Origin: Waterburya agarophytonicola KI4
GTDB lineage: Bacteria > Cyanobacteriota > Cyanobacteriia > Cyanobacteriales > Xenococcaceae
DNA: 24,000 bases
Direction of reading: 5' to 3'
Assembly (NCBI RefSeq): GCF_020640915.1
Contig: NZ_JADWDC010000003.1
Coordinates: forward strand, 109,565-133,564
Every line of letters begins with the position of its first letter. The first letter of the stretch is position 1. The notes beneath the pieces were generated by a model. It searched no databases. It was not told the DNA's origin and saw only the letters and a list, made by a program, of their open reading frames with translations. The translations under genes and the position numbers were made by a program. Positions 19,327 to 24,000 of this stretch are shown in pieces.

Positions 19327-21441
19327 TTATTCTTCGGACAAACTAAAATTAGGAATGGGCAAAATTCCTTTTTTCTTCATCAATACAATCGAAGAACGAG
19401 GGACGACTTGATAAGTATTAGCATAAATTTTTTCTGCTGCTGTTAACTCAGTAAAATCTTGGGGTGCGGGTAAAGCGGTATCCACAATACGATGCCAATG
19501 ACTGCCCAATTCTAAGGGAGGTAATTGAAATTTTAGGGGTTTCCAATAGGCGTTAAACACAACATATAATTCCTCTTCTACCGCAGGATAGGATAAAGAA
19601 AAAGCGATCGAGTGAGAGTCTTCTTCCCAATCGGGTTTATATAATTTTACTCCGTGCCAAGTAAGATGGGGTTGAGAACTTTTACGACTAACTTTTAAAA
19701 ATTCTTCTTGACCAAAAATTTCTAATCCTTGGATGAAGTGAATCAGTTTCTTGACAAAACGTAGCAGATCTCGATTCTTCTCTACCAAATCCCAATCAAA
19801 CCAGCTTAATTCGTTATCCTGACAATAGGCATTATTATTCCCATTTTGAGTATGTCTAATTTCATCTCCCATCAGTAGCATGGGTGTACCTTGAGAAAAG
19901 AATAAAACAGTCAAAAAGTTTTTAATTTGTTGCGATCGCAATTTTTCTATTTCAGGATTGTTTGTTTCCCCTTCTTCGCCGCAATTCCAGCTAAAGTTAT
20001 GATTGCCACCATCGCGATCGCCTTCTCCATTAGCCAGATTGTGTTTGTCGTTATAGGAAACCAAGTCATTAAGGGTAAAACCATCATGACAAGTAATAAA
20101 ATTAACGCTGCGGTTAATATCAGTATCTAGTCGGGAGTAGATATCGGGACTGGCTAAAATTCTATGTGCCATTGTAGTGGTCATGTTAGGATCGCTTTTA
20201 ACAAACTGGCGCACATCATCTCGAAATGGGCCATTCCATTCAGAAAACCAATCGGCCAATTCGACAAATTGACCCACACCATATAGTCCTGCTGCATCCC
20301 AAGCTTCGGCGATTAATTTTGTTCCTGCCAATACAGGGTCGGATTCGATTATGGAAATAATATCCATCATGCCTGTTTCGGGCTTAATCGGCTCGCCAAA
20401 AGTGTTCCGTGACAAAATGGTCGCTAAATCAAAACGAAAACCATCAACGTGCATCTCGGAAACCCAATAACGCAACGAGTCCAAAATCAAGCGACTTGCT
20501 ACAGGATGATTGCCTTTAAATGTATTACCGCAACCACTATAGTTGCTGTAGTAGGTTTGGTCTTCTTCTAAAATATAATAGGTCTTATTATCCAATCCTC
20601 TAAAAGAAAGAGTAGGCCCTCGTTCGTTACCTTCTGCGGTATGGTTGAAAACTACATCTAAGATTACTTCAATCCCAGCTTTATGTAATGCTTTAACCAT
20701 GTCTCGAAATTCATCTACAGCCCCCAAAAGATCTCGTCTGGAACTATATCCTTTATGGGGTGCAAAAAAGTTAATCGTGCTATAGCCCCAATAATTTTTT
20801 AATCCTGGGCGCACATCTTGAGGATCGAATTGATGAACGGGGAGTAATTCTACCGCCGTGATTCCCAATTCTTGAAGATAAGGAATTTTTTCAATTAGAC
20901 CAGCATAAGTGCCTCTTTTCGCTTCAGCTACCCCAGAATTGGGATTGCGTGTAAAACCGCCAACGTGCATCTCATAAATCACGCTATTGGAATACGGAAT
21001 GCGGGGATGGCGATCGCCTTCCCAATCATATAAACTAGGGTCTAATACCACTCCTTTAAGGGCTGTGGCACAGTTATCACCTATTTTACTGGCAGCAGTG
21101 CGATCGTAGGTTTCCTCCCCCACAATTGCCCGTGCATAAGGATCTAACAATACTTTTGTATTATCGAAACGCTGTCCTGCTTCTGGTGCAAATTCTCCAT
21201 TTGCTCGATAAGCATAGATTTGTCCTGCCTTAAGCCCTGGAATAAAGATATGCCAGTAGTAAAAAGTCTTATTTATTTTAGGATCGAGTCTAATTATTTC
21301 GGTTGGTTGTCTCGAATCAGGGTGATCAAATAATAGCAACCTGATAGCGGTGGCATATTCCGAAAAAACACAAAAATTCACCCCATCGGGATGTACTGTC
21401 GCCCCTAGAGGGAAACTTTCTCCTGGCAATATTTCTAACAT
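19327..21441 (-). CDS. glgX: Glycogen debranching enzyme / isoamylase
   Basis: 704 aa. GVNFCVFSEYATAIRLLLFD (CBM48-like), VILDVVFNHTAEG, VDGFRFDLATIL, NFITCHDGFTLNDLVSYNDKHN (GH13 motifs). Confidence 0.93.
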   Translation of the reverse strand: MLEILPGESFPLGATVHPDGVNFCVFSEYATAIRLLLFDHPDSRQPTEIIRLDPKINKTFYYWHIFIPGLKAGQIYAYRANGEFAPEAGQRFDNTKVLLDPYARAIVGEETYDRTAASKIGDNCATALKGVVLDPSLYDWEGDRHPRIPYSNSVIYEMHVGGFTRNPNSGVAEAKRGTYAGLIEKIPYLQELGITAVELLPVHQFDPQDVRPGLKNYWGYSTINFFAPHKGYSSRRDLLGAVDEFRDMVKALHKAGIEVILDVVFNHTAEGNERGPTLSFRGLDNKTYYILEEDQTYYSNYSGCGNTFKGNHPVASRLILDSLRYWVSEMHVDGFRFDLATILSRNTFGEPIKPETGMMDIISIIESDPVLAGTKLIAEAWDAAGLYGVGQFVELADWFSEWNGPFRDDVRQFVKSDPNMTTTMAHRILASPDIYSRLDTDINRSVNFITCHDGFTLNDLVSYNDKHNLANGEGDRDGGNHNFSWNCGEEGETNNPEIEKLRSQQIKNFLTVLFFSQGTPMLLMGDEIRHTQNGNNNAYCQDNELSWFDWDLVEKNRDLLRFVKKLIHFIQGLEIFGQEEFLKVSRKSSQPHLTWHGVKLYKPDWEEDSHSIAFSLSYPAVEEELYVVFNAYWKPLKFQLPPLELGSHWHRIVDTALPAPQDFTELTAAEKIYANTYQVVPRSSIVLMKKKGILPIPNFSLSEE

Positions 21442-21523
21442 TGAATATCTAACACTCTGGAAATTTTCAACTCATAGTCAGTTTAAACCCAATCTCAATT
21501 TTTGTTTGCATTGCTACTTACTT

Positions 21524-21564
21524 TTAGGTAAAAAACCTAACTGGATAACTGGGTGACTGGGTGA
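21524..21564. repeat. Short hairpin followed by a degenerate tandem repeat in the fabH-glgX spacer
   Basis: TTAGGT-AAAAA-ACCTAA inverted repeat, then AACTGGATAACTGGGTGACTGGGTGA, i.e. two exact ACTGGGTG units after a related partial unit. Confidence 0.6.
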
Positions 21565-21584
21565 AAGCGATCGCTCTTTTTAGC

Positions 21585-22583
21585 TTATTTCCACTTAAAA
21601 ATAGCTGAACCCCAAGTCAAACCAGCACCAAAACCCGATGCAGCAATTGTGTCTCCTGGTTTAACTTTACCTCCTCGCACCGCAGCATCTAAAGCGAGGG
21701 GAATAGAAGCTGCGGAGGTATTTCCATATTCAGCTATATTGCTTAAAATCTTTTCAGCAGGAATCTTGAGACGTTTGGCTACTGCATCCATGATGCGTTG
21801 ATTTGCCTGATGCAATAGTAACCAATCGATATCTTCAGCAGTAAGATTTGCCCGAAACATCGCTTTGCCAATAGCTTCTGGAACTTTTGCCACGGCAAAA
21901 CGATAGACTTCTCTACCGTTCATGCTGACTGGTTGATAATTACCATTTTGCGCCGTAATACCATCTACCAGAGGTTTGGAACAACTTTGGTAATTCAAAT
22001 TAAGAGAGTCGTTTTGACTACCCTTACTATACATCTCAAAACTAAGTAGGCGATCGCTTTCGTGAGTACCTTGACAGACTATCGCCCCCGCACCATCGCC
22101 AAACAAGACACAACTGGCGCGATCTGACCAATCTACCCAACGAGATAAAACATCTGCACCAATAATTAAGACGTTTTTATATACCCCAGTGCGAATAAAT
22201 TGCGAAGCAGTAATCAGAGCAAAAATAAAGCCCGAACAAGCAGCCGTTAGATCGAAAGCTACCGCATTAGTCGCGCCAATTAAACCTTGAACTCGACAAG
22301 CACTACCAAACATATCGTCGGGGGTAGAAGTCGCCAAAATAATCAAGTCTATATCCGTAACAGATATTCCTGCCATAGCGATCGCATTTTGAGCAGCAAC
22401 AGCAGACAATTGACTCAATGATTCGGTGGGGGAGGCGATGTGACGATTTCTCATCCCTGTTCGGGTATTAATCCACTCGTCAGAGGTTTCTACCATCTGT
22501 GCCAGATGATTGTTAGTTAGAACTGTTGCTGGTGCAGCCGAACCACATCCAGTAATCGCGATACCCGCACCCATGTTGTTCAA
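21585..22583 (-). CDS. fabH: Beta-ketoacyl-ACP synthase III
   Basis: 332 aa. DLTAACSGFIFAL (Cys), WLLLHQANQRI (His), SNIAEYGNTSAASIPLAL (Asn) catalytic motifs. Confidence 0.95.
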   Translation of the reverse strand: MNNMGAGIAITGCGSAAPATVLTNNHLAQMVETSDEWINTRTGMRNRHIASPTESLSQLSAVAAQNAIAMAGISVTDIDLIILATSTPDDMFGSACRVQGLIGATNAVAFDLTAACSGFIFALITASQFIRTGVYKNVLIIGADVLSRWVDWSDRASCVLFGDGAGAIVCQGTHESDRLLSFEMYSKGSQNDSLNLNYQSCSKPLVDGITAQNGNYQPVSMNGREVYRFAVAKVPEAIGKAMFRANLTAEDIDWLLLHQANQRIMDAVAKRLKIPAEKILSNIAEYGNTSAASIPLALDAAVRGGKVKPGDTIAASGFGAGLTWGSAIFKWK

Positions 22584-22617
22584 TGTTTCACTCCGTTACT
22601 CGCACTCTTGTTATTGA

Positions 22618-23682
22618 TTACTTAGAACTTGCTGAAGCTGCTTCAGTATGATTATTTTCCGATTCTAATCTTTGATTGTTGTAGGACTTAATTTTCTCTA
22701 ATACGTCATTATCGATCGCTTCTTTTGCCGAACGAATAGCATTAAACATCGAACCCTGACGAGAGCTACCGTGACTTATAATACAGATTCCTGCTACTCC
22801 AAACAACAATGCGCCTCCATGTTCCGCGCGATCAATACGACGTTTAATATCGCGCAAATTAGGCTTTAATAATACCGTGCCGACTTTACCCCGCCATCCT
22901 TTGGGCAATTCTTCCTTCATAATTTGCAACATCACTTCCCCAATTGCTTCGGCAAATTTAAGCACAATGTTACCTACAAAGCCATCACAGACAATAACAT
23001 CAAACTCTCCAGATAACACATCTCTTCCTTCGGCATTACCCAAGAAAGGAATCTGGCTATTATCGGCTAGCAATTTATGGGTAGCTAGGGCTAATTCGTT
23101 TCCTTTGGAAGATTCTTCCCCAATATTGAGTAAACCTACTTGAGGCTCTTCATTACCCAAAACATATTTACTATAAATAGTCCCCATCAAGGCAAACTGT
23201 TCTAAATACTTAGGCTTACAATCAACATTTGCTCCAACATCCAAGACAATGACTGACTTGTTAGGAATAATAGTGGGTAAAACTGCTCCAATAGCAGGGC
23301 GTTCGATACCTTTGAGACGTCCTAATCTGAGTAGTGCGGATGCCATTGCTGCGCCAGAATGCCCCGCAGAAACTACCGCATCGGCTTTTTTGCCCTTAAC
23401 CAGATCCATTGCCACATTAATCGAGGCTTTAGGCTTACGACGAATCCCTGTTAAGGGTTCTTCTTTCATCGTAATGACATCTTCGGCATGAATAACTTCA
23501 ACTGATGCTGTTTCCTTGCTATTGTACTTCTCAACAAGAGAGTCTATTTGTTGTTTATCTCCCACCAGTAAGACATCTAAATCTAATTCTGCCGAAGCCT
23601 TGATTGCCCCTGCAACAATTTCCTCTGGGGCGAAGTCTCCCCCCATAGCGTCTACTGCGATTCTTGCGCGCGTTAATCCCAT
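22618..23682 (-). CDS. plsX: Phosphate acyltransferase
   Basis: 354 aa. RIAVDAMGGDFAPEEIVAGA, VSAGHSGAAMA, DVGANVDCKP, VCDGFVGNIVLKFAE. 34 bp upstream of fabH in the same orientation. Confidence 0.95.
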   Translation of the reverse strand: MGLTRARIAVDAMGGDFAPEEIVAGAIKASAELDLDVLLVGDKQQIDSLVEKYNSKETASVEVIHAEDVITMKEEPLTGIRRKPKASINVAMDLVKGKKADAVVSAGHSGAAMASALLRLGRLKGIERPAIGAVLPTIIPNKSVIVLDVGANVDCKPKYLEQFALMGTIYSKYVLGNEEPQVGLLNIGEESSKGNELALATHKLLADNSQIPFLGNAEGRDVLSGEFDVIVCDGFVGNIVLKFAEAIGEVMLQIMKEELPKGWRGKVGTVLLKPNLRDIKRRIDRAEHGGALLFGVAGICIISHGSSRQGSMFNAIRSAKEAIDNDVLEKIKSYNNQRLESENNHTEAASASSK

Positions 23683-23884
23683 TTAGCAAATTTTATAGAA
23701 GCCTTACAAATTTTAACAGTCTAAGGTTAAATCTCCCTACTATCTACGAGAAATAGCTAGAGAAGTTTACCTGTCTTCACACATCTAAAACAGAAGAGTT
23801 ATAAAGGATCTTGACCGTAGTTAAGATTATTTTAACTTTTTAACTATAAGTTCTCCTTATTATGGGCAGATTGGAGAGATCTGG

Positions 23885-24000
23885 ATGGTAGATTTAATTG
23901 CTTTGAGCCTGTTTGCTTGGTTGAATATCTGGGGACAACCTCAGAATGAGTTGAAACCTTTGGAATTTTTCCCTTGGCACAAGACGGCTATTTTTATGAT
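23885..24000 (+). CDS. Start of a hydrophobic protein running off the window
   Basis: Open frame MVDLIALSLFAWLNIWGQPQNELKPLEFFPWHKTAIFM to the window edge, divergent from plsX. The exact start is uncertain. Confidence 0.4.
   Translation, partial: MVDLIALSLFAWLNIWGQPQNELKPLEFFPWHKTAIFM

Noticed and set aside
1-24000. CRISPR array, tRNA, rRNA or prophage genes
   Set aside because: I found no regularly spaced repeats, no cloverleaf-like sequences and no phage or transposase-like ORFs.

Overview
This 24 kb window looks like ordinary chromosomal sequence from a cyanobacterium. It is AT-rich with very frequent HIP1 octamers (GCGATCGC). Supported genes, in order: 3' end of purU; rsmA/ksgA; a GT39/ArnT-like membrane glycosyltransferase; an LptF/LptG-type permease; a large SNF2-family helicase with a VanZ-like gene overlapping its stop; a DUF4126-like membrane protein; on the minus strand a family-3 membrane acyltransferase, an SGNH/GDSL hydrolase with a three-copy C-terminal DUF5648-like repeat, a GH57 hydrolase, a TVP38/TMEM64 protein and an ArsS-like radical SAM protein; then miaB and a small 111-aa protein on plus; then a B12-binding-type radical SAM protein, glgX, fabH and plsX on minus. 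No tRNA/rRNA, CRISPR array, transposase, or recognisable defence, toxin-antitoxin or prophage module was seen. I found no convincing new multi-gene system. The most worthwhile leads are the SGNH hydrolase-repeat fusion beside an acyltransferase, the ArsS-TVP38 pair without arsM, a small uncharacterised protein with a long leader and clear terminator, and a plus-strand terminator-like hairpin with no matching gene upstream.
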